Below the pieces are notes generated by a model. That model had not been told where the DNA came from, made no database searches, and saw nothing but the letters and a program-made list of their open reading frames with translations. The position numbers and the translations under genes were made by a program. From contig JANNQX010000131.1 of assembly GCA_031400975.1 (NCBI GenBank), positions 761 through 64,760 on the forward strand: a stretch of DNA of 64,000 nt. The letters run 5' to 3'. The DNA is from Gemmatimonadota bacterium. Its GTDB lineage: Bacteria; Gemmatimonadota; Gemmatimonadetes; Gemmatimonadales; GWC2-71-9. Below, piece after piece: positions 45,742 through 58,531 of the stretch; position 1 is the stretch's first letter, and each line of letters opens with the position of its first letter.

Positions 45742-46316
45742 GGTGGCCAGACCCCGAGCATCGAGCGCGCGGGGCCCTTGGCTCACGAGCCGAGCCGTGG
45801 GACCCGACGCCTTGGCCGGCGCCGTATACCAAGCGGCCGCGGAACCTACCGTCATTGTCGCGCCCCCTCTGAGTGCAGTTGTTCGCATCGCCGCGGATCG
45901 ACCCACTCGCAGAACTCGGGCGATTTGCCCCTGGCGGCGACGACGCCGATTGGGACGGGGTACCGCCGAAGCCGTGAGCCGCCATGCGGATGGCCCCCGG
46001 CAATGGGGGCCCCACTACTCCGAGTGAAGGCAAAGGGTACGCCACCGGTTGGGTTCCGGGGAGGCAGTCTCACTGCATTGAGTTGCGTGACCGAGGATCA
46101 GTCGTTGCGGAGCAAATTCCTGAGGTAGGCACGCCAGCGATCGCTGGTCCGCTGCCCGATCTCGTTGCGATCGGGACCCTGGTTCGGAGAGTGTCCGGGC
46201 CGACCGCTCTGACGACTGGGTTGGGGCTCGGCGGTCGATTCCAGGGCGGGATCGGGAGGATGAGATGAATCCATAACAAAAAAGTGGCGTGGAATCCGCC
46301 TAACCGCAACCCCCCG

Positions 46317-47666
46317 TTAGGCGAGGGCCTCGAGGCCGGCCCGGGTTACCCGATGACTGACGAGCGGCAATGGGTCGGGGCCCGGGCCGAACCTGCAGGC
46401 CGCCCGGACGGCGGCCACCGCCGAATCCGCCATCGCCGCGGTTCGGGCATGGACCGTGGCAAGCAGCTCACCGGGCCCCAACTGGGCGCCGGGCTTCACG
46501 AGAAATCGGACTCCCACCACCGGATCGATGAGGGCGTCGGTCCGCGACCGGCCACCGCCGAGCGCCACCACCACATGGCCGATCGCCCGGGGATCCACCT
46601 GAGCCAATCGCCCCCCGGCCTCGGCCACAACCGCCCGGACCACCGGAGCGACCGGCAACCGGGATGGATCGTCGACGACCCGTCGGTCGCCGCCTTGGGC
46701 TTCGATCAGGAGCCCAAAGCGCTCGAGCGCGGCCCCGCTCGCCACAACGGCTTCGACCTGGGCCCGGGCCACGCCCCGCTCCGAGGCCAATCCCGCCGCC
46801 ACCAGCATCTCAGTACCTAACGCGAACGTCACCTCCATGAGATCGGCAGGCCCCCGGCCGGTTAAGCCCAGCAGTGCCTCCTCGACCTCGAGGGCGTTGC
46901 CGCAGGCAATCCCGAGCGGGCGGTCCATCGCGGTCAGCAAGCCGACGGTCCGACACCCGCTCGCCTCGCCCAGCTCGATCATCGTGGCGGCGAGGACCTG
47001 GGAGTCGGCCGGGTCGCGGATGAAGGCCCCGTCGCCGGTCTTGATGTCGAGGACGAGTCCGGTCAACGACTCGGCCAATTTCTTGGACATGATGCTGGCG
47101 GCGATCAGGGGAATCGACTCGACCGTCCCGGTTACGTCTCGGAGGGCGTACAACTTCCGGTCGGCCGGGACCAGTTCCGGCGTCTGACCAACCATCACCA
47201 CGCCGATTCGCTCCAGTTGCCGCCGGGCATCAGCCAGGGTCAGCCGGGTCCGGAACCCCGGAATGGCCTCCAACTTGTCGAGGGTGCCGCCAGTGTGTCC
47301 GAGCCCCCGGCCCGAGATCATCGGAACGGCCGCCCCCAGGCACGCCAACATCGGGGCCAGCAGGAGCGACGTCTTGTCCCCGACCCCGCCGATCGAGTGT
47401 TTGTCCACCCGGGGCCGGTCAAAGTCTCCCAGGTCAAACTGTTCGCCCGACTCCCGCATGGCCTGGGTCAAGGCAACCAGTTCGTCCTTACCGAGGCCCC
47501 GGAACAACACGGCCATGGCCATGGCGGCCATCTGATAGTCGGGAACCTGCTCGGCGACATAGCCGTCGATCAAGCCGCGCCACTCAGCGGCCGACAGGGC
47601 ACCCCCGTCCCGCTTCCGCTCAATCAGCCGTGGTACCGCGAGAAGCGCTTCGCTCATATGATTCAC
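46317..47666 (-). CDS. deoA: thymidine/pyrimidine-nucleoside phosphorylase
   Basis: 449 aa with characteristic stretches: IERKRDGG.LS..EW..LI.GY, QMAAMAMAVLFRGL, DKHSIGGVGDKTSLLLAPMLA, ISGRGLGHTGGTLDKLE. Confidence 0.93.
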   Translation of the reverse strand: MNHMSEALLAVPRLIERKRDGGALSAAEWRGLIDGYVAEQVPDYQMAAMAMAVLFRGLGKDELVALTQAMRESGEQFDLGDFDRPRVDKHSIGGVGDKTSLLLAPMLACLGAAVPMISGRGLGHTGGTLDKLEAIPGFRTRLTLADARRQLERIGVVMVGQTPELVPADRKLYALRDVTGTVESIPLIAASIMSKKLAESLTGLVLDIKTGDGAFIRDPADSQVLAATMIELGEASGCRTVGLLTAMDRPLGIACGNALEVEEALLGLTGRGPADLMEVTFALGTEMLVAAGLASERGVARAQVEAVVASGAALERFGLLIEAQGGDRRVVDDPSRLPVAPVVRAVVAEAGGRLAQVDPRAIGHVVVALGGGRSRTDALIDPVVGVRFLVKPGAQLGPGELLATVHARTAAMADSAVAAVRAACRFGPGPDPLPLVSHRVTRAGLEALA

Positions 47667-47668
47667 CG

Positions 47669-48451
47669 ATGCGAATGGGAGTGTGGCTGGGGTTGGGTTG
47701 GTGGGCGATCACGTCGCTCCAGGCTCAGACCGACCCGAGGCTCGGAGCCGAGGGACGGGTTCTGGACGACCGAGCCCCGGACGCCGTCCTCCGGCTGTTC
47801 GGCCCCATCCTGGCGGACGACTCGCTTCACTTCGAAGCCAATTGGCGAAGCGCCATGGCCTGGATCGACATCGGCCAGGCAACCCCCGATTCGATCCCGA
47901 ACCAGACTCGGGACTCGGCCTACCGATCGGCGGAGCGGTTCGCCCGGCGAGCGATCGCGGCGGATCAGACCCAACCGGAAGGGTATTTCGCGTTGGCGGC
48001 CGCCCTCGGCCGGGTGGCGCTGACCCGAAGCAAGAAAGACCGGGTTCGATACGCGGTCGGGATCTACGAAGCGGCGACCCGTGCCCTGGACATCGCTCCC
48101 GATCATGATGGGGCTCACCACGTGTTAGGCCTCTGGCATGCGGAAACGATGCGAACGTCCGGGTTCAACCGTTTTATGGCCAAGAAGTTGTTGGGTGGAA
48201 AGTTGTTAGGCAAAGCCAACTGGGCCGCCGCCATCGGCCATCTGGAATCGGCCGTCCGGATCGATTCGACCCGAATCTTCCACCGATTGGACTTGGCCAG
48301 GATCTACGTGGACCGGCACCGGTACTCAGAGGCCCGGCGGGAATTGGACCGGATTGGCGAGCTGCCCGATCGGGAGATGTTCGATGCCCGTGATCGAATC
48401 GAGGCGGCCCGGCTTCTGGTCCGAATCGCCGACAAGTCAGACCGGCCCTAA
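47669..48451 (+). CDS. secreted TPR-like hypothetical protein
   Basis: 260 aa from ATG 47669 with a signal peptide (MRMGVWLGLGWWAITSLQAQ). It is helical-repeat-like. No specific family is recognised. Confidence 0.55.
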   Translation: MRMGVWLGLGWWAITSLQAQTDPRLGAEGRVLDDRAPDAVLRLFGPILADDSLHFEANWRSAMAWIDIGQATPDSIPNQTRDSAYRSAERFARRAIAADQTQPEGYFALAAALGRVALTRSKKDRVRYAVGIYEAATRALDIAPDHDGAHHVLGLWHAETMRTSGFNRFMAKKLLGGKLLGKANWAAAIGHLESAVRIDSTRIFHRLDLARIYVDRHRYSEARRELDRIGELPDREMFDARDRIEAARLLVRIADKSDRP

Positions 48452-48693
48452 CGGCGGCGACGGATCTCGTGGCGGACCCGATCATCGAGGTCTTCGATCC
48501 CCTCGCCGACCCGCTCCCGGGCGGCCGCCAACCGGTCTCGAAGTCGGCGCCGGGTGACCCGCCCTGGCTCCGGCGCCATGAGGAGCGCCACCACGGCGCC
48601 GATCACCGCCCCAACCAAGAGGCCCAGGCCAAAGCCGCCGCTCCGGCGTGGCCGGGCCTCGTCGGGCGGTTCGAGTGCTGGCGGGGTTTCCAT
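48448..48693 (-). CDS. YtxH-like small membrane-associated protein
   Basis: 81 aa. GLLVGAVIGAVVALLMAPEPGRVTRRRLRD matches the YtxH pattern (G..GA....L.AP.SG..TR..L). Confidence 0.65.
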   Translation of the reverse strand: METPPALEPPDEARPRRSGGFGLGLLVGAVIGAVVALLMAPEPGRVTRRRLRDRLAAARERVGEGIEDLDDRVRHEIRRRR

Positions 48694-48751
48694 TTTTCAA
48701 AGCTAGCGGCCCGGGCAGCCGGGTTCAACCAACGTTGCTAATTTACCGGTC

Positions 48752-51549
<2,798 letters not shown>

Positions 51550-51558
51550 CTTCAACTC

Positions 51559-52113
51559 ATGGCCTCTGTCGCTACATCTCCCCGCCTTGCCCTCGGCCGT
51601 GCCGCGGTCGAGCAGCTCCGATCGGTGTTGGAACGCGAACTGCCCGAACAAGCCGCTGGACTGCTTCGGGAAATCGGTTTTGCGGCCGGCGACGGCGCCT
51701 ATGACGGCTTCGTCGGATCGGTGTCGAACCGCTACGGCGTGGAGACCCCGCAGTCGCTTGATGCCCGGTATCTCGGCGATGCGCTCGCCGGCTTTTTCCG
51801 CGAGGAGGGCTGGGGGTCGGTCTCGATCGAGACCCTTGCTCCAGGGCTCCTCGGCCTCGACAGTGGCGACTGGGCGTTGGCGGAGCCGCGGGGGACGGTG
51901 GTGCCGTCGTGCCATTTCACCTGCGGCATGCTCTCAGACTTCTTCACCCGGTTGGGCGGCTATCCGGCCGCGGTCATGGAAGTCGACTGTCGAAGCCGGG
52001 GTGACGCTCGGTGCCGGTTCTTGGTGGGGAGCCCCGACTTGCTGACCTGGTTGTATGAGGGGTTGGTCGGCGGAAAGAGCTACGAGAGCCTGGTGGCCGA
52101 GCTCCGGAACTGA
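51559..52113 (+). CDS. V4R (4-vinyl reductase-like) domain protein
   Basis: 184 aa. The C-terminal pattern C.FTCGMLSDFF..L.G....VMEVDCRSRGDARCRFLV is typical of V4R small-molecule-binding domains. Confidence 0.65.
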   Translation: MASVATSPRLALGRAAVEQLRSVLERELPEQAAGLLREIGFAAGDGAYDGFVGSVSNRYGVETPQSLDARYLGDALAGFFREEGWGSVSIETLAPGLLGLDSGDWALAEPRGTVVPSCHFTCGMLSDFFTRLGGYPAAVMEVDCRSRGDARCRFLVGSPDLLTWLYEGLVGGKSYESLVAELRN

Positions 52114-52114
52114 C

Positions 52115-53377
52115 CTAACGAAGGGATACCAGAACCCCTTCGAGGACCAGCGAGCGGAGCCGGATCGCACCATACCATGCGGCATCGGCACCGATCGCCG
52201 CCACCCGCTCGAGCAGCCGGATCGCATCGCCGGCGAGCACGACACCCGCCACCCGGCCGACCACTCGCCCGCCGACAATCCGATAGCACCAGGGCACGGC
52301 CACCCGGAACACCCCGCGATCCTGACTCGGTGCCGGTCCAATCTCGAATTCGGAGACCAAGAGTCCGTCGCCGACCGCCGCCGCGAGCTCCAACGTTCCC
52401 GGCTCGTCCGACTCGAGGCTCAGGTTGGAAAACGCGGCCCGGGGCCCTCGGTAGCCCCGCCGAACCCCATGGCCAGTCGCCGGCAACCGATGGCGCGACG
52501 CGGTCCGGAGATCGAGCAGCGACCTACTGGGTCTCCCGGCTTGAATCAACGCCAGCCGCTGGGTTGGGACCCCGTCGTCGCAAATGGGTCGGCTGCCCGG
52601 CCGGCCGTCGACCAACGGGTCGTCGTAGAGCGAGAGCCGGGAATCGATCGTCCATCTCCCGCCCTGAGTCCCAAGCCCCCCGTCGCCGAGCTGGCGACTC
52701 AGCAAGGGGGCCACCAGGCCTCGTACCGCGCCGGGCGCAAACCAAATCGGTCCGGCCGGCGGCGCCGTCAGCTCGAGGACGGGGGGAGTAAATCGGCGTT
52801 CGACCTCGTCGACCAGCCGATCGAGGTCCGTTTCGTCCGGCGGTGCCACGCCCGCGAGGTGGAGCCGGCAAGGCGCCGGGCCCGCGCCGACCGACACCCC
52901 GACGCCAACGACGGTCAGGTCGTAAGACGCCAGGACGCCCCGACTGTTCCCGACTTCGACCCCCCCCGACGAGCGCTCGGCCCAGGTTTCGATCGGGAGG
53001 TTGAGCCGCCGGAGGCGATTGGCCAGCTGGCCGGAGATTCCCACAAGGTCGCGCGCGGTCAGCGCCGCGGCCGGCGGAGACCGAGTCACGACCACCGGCA
53101 GAGCGGCCGGCGCGGGAAGAAACAACTCAGCGGGATCGCCGGCGGCAGCCGAATCGACGGCCCGATCGGCCACCGCGCGGATCGACGAGCTGTCCCCCCC
53201 TGCCCACCCGAGTCGGCCGTCGGCAACGACCCGGATCTGGACCGTATCGCTCTGGTCGACCGACACCAGGGCATGGGACTGCCCGGAGAGAGTGGCGGTG
53301 ATGGTCTCGTCGCGGGCCCTGACCGAGTCGGCGTGGGTTGTCCGCGACCGAAGGTCAGCGAGGACTTCGGCGATCAT
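52115..53377 (-). CDS. TldD/PmbA-family (peptidase U62) protein
   Basis: 420 aa. It is paired with, and overlaps by 4 nt, a second family member upstream. The C-terminal half resembles PmbA/TldD (…GVRRGYRGPR.AFSNL.L...). Confidence 0.75.
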   Translation of the reverse strand: MIAEVLADLRSRTTHADSVRARDETITATLSGQSHALVSVDQSDTVQIRVVADGRLGWAGGDSSSIRAVADRAVDSAAAGDPAELFLPAPAALPVVVTRSPPAAALTARDLVGISGQLANRLRRLNLPIETWAERSSGGVEVGNSRGVLASYDLTVVGVGVSVGAGPAPCRLHLAGVAPPDETDLDRLVDEVERRFTPPVLELTAPPAGPIWFAPGAVRGLVAPLLSRQLGDGGLGTQGGRWTIDSRLSLYDDPLVDGRPGSRPICDDGVPTQRLALIQAGRPSRSLLDLRTASRHRLPATGHGVRRGYRGPRAAFSNLSLESDEPGTLELAAAVGDGLLVSEFEIGPAPSQDRGVFRVAVPWCYRIVGGRVVGRVAGVVLAGDAIRLLERVAAIGADAAWYGAIRLRSLVLEGVLVSLR

Positions 53378-54735
53378 GCGTAGAGCGCGCCGATGTCGAG
53401 GTCGACAAACCGAGTGTGGGGCGCTCCGGTGGTGATCGGCCGGAGCGGGCCTGAGTCATGCAGGGTGGCGGCACTCGGATCCCAGGCGAAGTCACCGCCG
53501 ACCCGATCGAGCCGGCCGAACAGCGTGAACAGGTCGGCGCTGATCGGTGCGCACTTGACCGATTCGGCGAGAACGCCGTCGCGGATCATCCGGGTCGAGG
53601 CGGGGGTCACGGTGACCTGATGACCCTCGACCGCCACCCCGATCACGTCGGCGACATAGACCCCCAACGGCATGTCGGCCAACAGGGCCAGGAGATCGCC
53701 TTCGCCCTTGGCGACATAGCTGTTCGTGGGCCGCGCCGCGGGAATCGACCGAAGGCTCGGCGCCAGGGCATGTCCCGTCGGGCCAACGGCGGCGCGGGCC
53801 GCGGTCTCCCTGGTGTGGAGATGGGCCACGACCACGCCGTTCTGGACGAGGTGGGTGTGGCTGGCCGGCGTCCCCTCGTCATCAAGCGACAAGCTCGTGC
53901 GAAGACCTAACGCGGTCGGGTCGTCCCCGACCGTCAGCATTTCCGGACCGATCCGGGTTCCGAGCGGCAGGAGCGCCCGTTCGATGCCCCGTGACGGCGA
54001 CCGGCAGAGATTGGTGATCGTTTGCAACACCAGCGCGCCGGTCGCCCGGGGGTCAAACACGATCGGATAACGGCCGGCCGGGACCGGGACGGCATGGAGT
54101 CGCCCGACCGCCCGCTCGCCAACCTCCCGGAACAGCGGCGCCCGGCCGGCCACGGCCCCCCAGCCTCCGAGCACCGCGACCGACTCCAGGGCCCGTTCCT
54201 GCGCCCCGTCTTCGCCGGCCACGGCGAGGGCCCCGAGACTGGCCTCGCTCCGGAGTTCGTGGAGCCAGACACCCTCGCTGGTGGCCAGCCAGGTTTCGAA
54301 AACCGAGTCGCCGTAGCTGGTCCTCGAGTCGATCACCCGGCGGTCGGCCGCCAGGAGCTCGGCGGTGAGACCTTCGAGGAGCTGGCGCTTCGCCGACAGC
54401 GAGATCAGCCGGGGATCGTCGACCAGCAGGTCGGCCTGATCGACCTGCCGAATCGGGATCGGCGCCAACGCGATCGGCGTTTCGGGTCGGGTTTCGAGGG
54501 ACAACTCATGGGCTCGAAGTACCGCCGACCCCGCTCGGTCGGGATCGGTAAAGGCGCAAGCACCCCAGCCGTGCCCCACCACCAGACACCGGGCCACGCC
54601 ACCGAACGCGTGGTACTCGGTGGCGACTTCCAGGCGTTGCTTCCGAAACACCACCGCAGTCGACCACCGCCGCCGGAGCCGGATTTCGACGTAGCCGGAG
54701 ACCCCGCGCATGGCTTCCGCGAGCACGTCACGCAT
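53374..54735 (-). CDS. TldD/PmbA-family (peptidase U62) protein
   Basis: About 453 aa from ATG 54735 (MRDVLAEAMRGVSGYVEIRL...). Family-typical stretches: DDEG...H.LV.NGV, GHA........P..RPTN.Y...G. Confidence 0.75.
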   Translation of the reverse strand: MRDVLAEAMRGVSGYVEIRLRRRWSTAVVFRKQRLEVATEYHAFGGVARCLVVGHGWGACAFTDPDRAGSAVLRAHELSLETRPETPIALAPIPIRQVDQADLLVDDPRLISLSAKRQLLEGLTAELLAADRRVIDSRTSYGDSVFETWLATSEGVWLHELRSEASLGALAVAGEDGAQERALESVAVLGGWGAVAGRAPLFREVGERAVGRLHAVPVPAGRYPIVFDPRATGALVLQTITNLCRSPSRGIERALLPLGTRIGPEMLTVGDDPTALGLRTSLSLDDEGTPASHTHLVQNGVVVAHLHTRETAARAAVGPTGHALAPSLRSIPAARPTNSYVAKGEGDLLALLADMPLGVYVADVIGVAVEGHQVTVTPASTRMIRDGVLAESVKCAPISADLFTLFGRLDRVGGDFAWDPSAATLHDSGPLRPITTGAPHTRFVDLDIGALYA

Positions 54736-55243
54736 TCGGGCCGGTTCCCGCAATCCAGTCGGCCCGTCGGATGAGTTCGCCATCCCGAACCACATCTCGG
54801 TCCCAGGGCAGCACGATCGACTTGTCGGTTTCAAACGAGAAGAAATCCGGTTGGTATCCGCCGGTCTTGAACGAGACCGCGGTTCGGACTTCCGCCGGCG
54901 CCAAGGCCCGGATTTCGTTGAGGGCCAGTTTGAGGGTGTGACCGGAGTCGCAGGTCTCATCCACCAGCAGCACCCGCCGCCCCCGGATCGAGGCCGGGGG
55001 CCCGCTCACGAGCACCGGCTTCGCACCGGCTCTTTTTCGGGTCAAGGTCATCGAAGCAAACTCGCGCTCCAAAATTGAGGCGACCACCGCCGCCGGGATC
55101 ACTCCTGCCTTCGCGACCCCCAAAACGATCTCGGGATCGTAAGCCCGGGCCACCTTGAGGGCCAACGCCCGACAAAGTTCCCCAAACAGGGGCCAATCGA
55201 TCTCGAGGACTTCCCGAGTGGGTTCCAAGGGGCGCCGCGGCAT
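54728..55243 (-). CDS. phosphoribosyltransferase-domain protein
   Basis: 171 aa from ATG 55243 with the PRPP-binding motif RVLLVDETCDSGHTL. Confidence 0.8.
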   Translation of the reverse strand: MPRRPLEPTREVLEIDWPLFGELCRALALKVARAYDPEIVLGVAKAGVIPAAVVASILEREFASMTLTRKRAGAKPVLVSGPPASIRGRRVLLVDETCDSGHTLKLALNEIRALAPAEVRTAVSFKTGGYQPDFFSFETDKSIVLPWDRDVVRDGELIRRADWIAGTGPNA

Positions 55244-55436
55244 GGTTGCTCCCGGTCGGTGCTGATGGTGAGGGTGACACCCAAAGATAGGCCCCCGCCA
55301 AGTGGTCCGAAAGTCAGCCGCAAGGTGGAGCGGATCGAGTCTGTGGCACAACGACTTGTATTGCAACGGGTAAACAACTTTCTTATGTTGTAGCAGCGAT
55401 GCAGCGCCCCCCCGGAAACGGAGACGACCCGAACTC

Positions 55437-55886
55437 ATGAGTTTTTTTCGACGCGTCCTGGATCGGTTAAGTACGGCCCCGAGCGAGCCCCAGCGCCTCG
55501 ACTATCTCAACGAGGCTCTAGCGCTGGAGCGGCTGGGGGATTTTGTCGCCGCCCTGACCAGCTATCGACTCGGACTTCGGGATAACCCCAACGACCCCCG
55601 GATTCTCCAGAACATGGCCATTGCCTTCACCAAGACAGGCCAGCCCGACGAAGCGATCCGTCACTACCGCCGAGCCTTGGAACTGGACGATTCGCTCTCG
55701 GGAGCCCATTATGGTCTAGCGTTCCTGCACCTGAAACGCGGGGAACCCGATCGAGCTGCGGAACATCTCCGTGCGTTCCTTGCCAAACCCCCTCGAGGAT
55801 CGGACGCCGACCGGTGGATTCAGCACGCCAGCACCGCCCTGCGGGATCTCGAAGAATCACCTACCGCCGCCGTCAGTTCGGCCTGA
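55437..55886 (+). CDS. TPR-repeat protein
   Basis: 149 aa with TPR-like repeats (ALTSYRLGLRDNPNDPRILQNMAIAFTKTGQPDEAIRHYRRALELDDSLSGAHYGLAFLHLKRGEPDRA). Confidence 0.75.
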   Translation: MSFFRRVLDRLSTAPSEPQRLDYLNEALALERLGDFVAALTSYRLGLRDNPNDPRILQNMAIAFTKTGQPDEAIRHYRRALELDDSLSGAHYGLAFLHLKRGEPDRAAEHLRAFLAKPPRGSDADRWIQHASTALRDLEESPTAAVSSA

Positions 55887-56584
55887 TCGTCGGCGTCGTC
55901 ACAGCCGGGATGGTCGGCTGCAGCGGCGCCTTCGAGAACGCCGACCAGATTTCGTTTCTGGAAATCACCCTCCCGGTCAATTCCTTTCTCGAGCTAGGCC
56001 GGTCGGTCACCATTCGAGCGGTGGCCCGCAACGGGGCCGGAGACAGCGTCCCAGCCACCCTCAGCTGGCGAACCGTCGATACGGCCGCCATTGCGGTCGA
56101 TACCATCAAGGGCATCGTGACGGCCAAGCTGGCGACCGGCACCGCCGACCTCCAGATCGGCGTCCTCGGCAAGGACACGCTGATCTCGACCCAGTCCGCC
56201 ATCAAATTCACCCTAACGGCACCCGCCGACACGTTGCGGCTGGTCGGAAGCGACTCGCTCGATGTTTCGATCGACGCCAATGGGGCCCAAGTTGGGATGG
56301 CCCTTGAAGGTGGCGCGACGCGGGTCGGCGTCGTCGGCCGGCCGGTCGGGTTTCGCATTGTTGAGCCTGCCGCGGTCGATTCCCCGGCGGTAACATTCAG
56401 CTCGGGACGCACCGTGGATTCCCTGACCACCGGCCCCAATGGGCTCGTCACGGCCACCGTTCGCGGCGTTGCTGGACGACCAGTACCCGACCGCGCCGTC
56501 GTCGAAATCAATGCCTATCGGGCGTCCGGGCAGCTTATTCCCGGCTCCGGCCGCCGCGTGGTGATTCGGTTCCGTCACCAGTGA
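55814..56584 (+). CDS. hypothetical lipoprotein with Ig-like (Big-type) repeats
   Basis: The lipobox-like GMVGCSG follows a hydrophobic stretch. The rest is beta-rich repeats (SWRTVDTAAIAVDTIKGIVTAKLATGTADLQI). The GTG start overlaps the upstream gene by 73 nt, so the start is uncertain. Confidence 0.5.
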   Translation: MDSARQHRPAGSRRITYRRRQFGLIVGVVTAGMVGCSGAFENADQISFLEITLPVNSFLELGRSVTIRAVARNGAGDSVPATLSWRTVDTAAIAVDTIKGIVTAKLATGTADLQIGVLGKDTLISTQSAIKFTLTAPADTLRLVGSDSLDVSIDANGAQVGMALEGGATRVGVVGRPVGFRIVEPAAVDSPAVTFSSGRTVDSLTTGPNGLVTATVRGVAGRPVPDRAVVEINAYRASGQLIPGSGRRVVIRFRHQ

Positions 56585-58389
56585 CGCTGACCCGGCTCTA
56601 TTTCGACGTGCTCGACCGGCGTCCCGCCGAACGAGTTGCGCTTCGCGCCAAGCAAGCCGGCCGATGGCGCGAGTACTCCTATGCCGAGGTGGCCGACACC
56701 GTTGAATCGATCAGCAAAGGGCTCTTGGCCCTCGGCATCGTTCCCGGGGATCGGGTCGCGATCCTCTCGGAAAACCGCCCAGAATGGGCCTTCGCCGACT
56801 TCGCCTGTCTCACTGCCCGCGCCGCCGACGTTCCGATCTACCCGACCCTAACCGCCAACCAAATCCAGTACCTCGTGGCCGATTCCGGGGCCCGGCTGGT
56901 GTTTGTCTCGACCGGCCCCCAGTTCGCCAAGCTGGCCTCGGTCCTGCCCGCGCTCCCCGCCGTCGAATGGGTCGTCGCGTTCGATCCGGCCATCGTGGGC
57001 GAAAAGGTGCAATCGCTCGATGCCCTCATTGCGACGGGGCGGGCAGCGGCCGACCGGTATCCAAACTGGCGGGCAGACGCCGATCGGGTCACCGCTTCGG
57101 ACCTCGCCACGATCATCTACACCTCCGGGACGACGGGCGACCCGAAGGGCGTCATGCTCACCCACGGCAACATCGCGTCGAACATCGAAGCAGCCCGGTC
57201 CGTCCTTCCGGTCGCCGAGCGCGACGAATGCCTTTCGCTACTGCCCCTGTCCCACATCTTCGAGCGGATGACCGGCCACTACAGCATGTTCGGGAGCGGC
57301 GTGATCATTAATTACGCCGAGAGCATCGAGGCCGTGACCGCGAACCTCCTGGAGATCCGGCCGTCAGTGGTCGCAGCGGTGCCCCGGCTCTACGAGAAAA
57401 TGTACGCCCGGGCCCTCGAAACCGCCCTCCGCGGGTCAGCGCTCAAACGGATCGTGTTCTTCTGGGCCAAACGAGTCGGGGAACGGGCCGCCGACTTGGC
57501 GCTCACCGGGCGACCGATCGCCTTGGGTCTCCGACTCCAAAAAGTCCTCGCCGACCTCCTGGTGTTTCGAACGATCCGGGCCCGGGTCGGCGGCCGGCTC
57601 AAGTTCTTCCTGTCCGGCGGGGCCCCGCTCTCGGCCGAGATTGCGAGGTTCTTCTATGCCGCTGGGCTTCCCATCCTCGAAGGCTACGGTCTCACTGAGA
57701 CGTCGCCGGTGATCACGGTCAACACTCTCGATCACCTCCGGTTTGGAACGGTTGGCCGGGCGATTCCCGGCGTGGAGCTCCAGATTGCGGCCGACGGCGA
57801 GATCCTGACCCGCGGACCCGGCGTGATGAAGGGGTATTTCGGGAAGCCGGCTGAGACTGCGGAGGCCATTAGCCCCGACGGTTGGTTCCACACTGGAGAC
57901 ATCGGCGAGATCGACGCCGAGGGCTATCTCAAGATCACCGATCGAAAGAAGGATTTGATCGCGACGGCCGGTGGCAAGAAAATCGCGCCCCAACCGATCG
58001 AAGGGATGCTCCGGCAAAACCCCTTTATCGCCAATGCCGTGTTGTTAGGCGACCGCCGGAAGTTCCCGATCGCGCTCCTGGCCCCGGACTTCGCAACCCT
58101 CGAGGCCTGGGCCGGCAGCCAAGGGCTGGCTTGGGGAAGCCATTCCGAACTGATCGCCCTCGAACCGGTCGTCAAACATCTCGAGGCCGAGGCGATGAAG
58201 CACCTCCGCGACTTGGCCAGATTTGAAGTCCCGAAGCGGTTTTTGATCGTCGCTCGGGAGTTCTCCATCGACACTGGGGAGCTGACCCCGAAGCTGTCAG
58301 TCCGGCGCCGGGTCGTCGAGGCCCACTACCGTGAAGCGATCGAGGCGGTCTACCTTGAGGCCGAGATGGGGGGCCACTCGGACCGCTAG
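56581..58389 (+). CDS. long-chain fatty-acid-CoA ligase (AMP-dependent synthetase)
   Basis: 602 aa with the AMP-binding motif IIYTSGTTGDPKGVMLTHGN and later GYGLTETSP, TGDIGE.D.EGYL.ITDRKKD. Confidence 0.92.
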   Translation: MTLTRLYFDVLDRRPAERVALRAKQAGRWREYSYAEVADTVESISKGLLALGIVPGDRVAILSENRPEWAFADFACLTARAADVPIYPTLTANQIQYLVADSGARLVFVSTGPQFAKLASVLPALPAVEWVVAFDPAIVGEKVQSLDALIATGRAAADRYPNWRADADRVTASDLATIIYTSGTTGDPKGVMLTHGNIASNIEAARSVLPVAERDECLSLLPLSHIFERMTGHYSMFGSGVIINYAESIEAVTANLLEIRPSVVAAVPRLYEKMYARALETALRGSALKRIVFFWAKRVGERAADLALTGRPIALGLRLQKVLADLLVFRTIRARVGGRLKFFLSGGAPLSAEIARFFYAAGLPILEGYGLTETSPVITVNTLDHLRFGTVGRAIPGVELQIAADGEILTRGPGVMKGYFGKPAETAEAISPDGWFHTGDIGEIDAEGYLKITDRKKDLIATAGGKKIAPQPIEGMLRQNPFIANAVLLGDRRKFPIALLAPDFATLEAWAGSQGLAWGSHSELIALEPVVKHLEAEAMKHLRDLARFEVPKRFLIVAREFSIDTGELTPKLSVRRRVVEAHYREAIEAVYLEAEMGGHSDR

Positions 58390-58531
58390 GCGGCAGGAAC
58401 GCCGGGTTGAAGCGGCAACGCTATCCGGCCCCGGCCGATCGCCCCCCCACCCCTCCGTGTCGCAACTGTTTCAATACCAATGGATTACACACCGGGCTCT
58501 CGCGGGCGCGCGACCTGCTTCAGTCCCGAGC

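Noticed and set aside
46098-46274. 58-aa minus-strand ORF (MDSSHPPDPALESTAEPQ...RWRAYLRNLLRND) in the 400-nt gap between the thymidine phosphorylase and the HTH regulator genes.
   Set aside because: It has no ribosome-binding site. Its ATG sits 3 nt after a T6 run that looks like the end of the upstream transcript. The sequence is low-complexity and I recognise no family. It may still be worth a ribosome-profiling check.
46278-46300. Possible intrinsic terminator after the thymidine phosphorylase gene (minus strand GGCG-GAUUCCA-CGCC followed by ACUUUUUUG).
   Set aside because: The U6 tract is striking for this genome, but the stem is only 4 bp. That is too weak to call a terminator with confidence.
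52115-55243. TldD/PmbA gene pair plus a phosphoribosyltransferase, considered as a possible peptide-maturation or toxin-processing module.
   Set aside because: Paired TldD/PmbA genes are common housekeeping-type loci. No precursor peptide, modification enzyme or immunity gene is adjacent, so nothing here goes beyond ordinary annotation.
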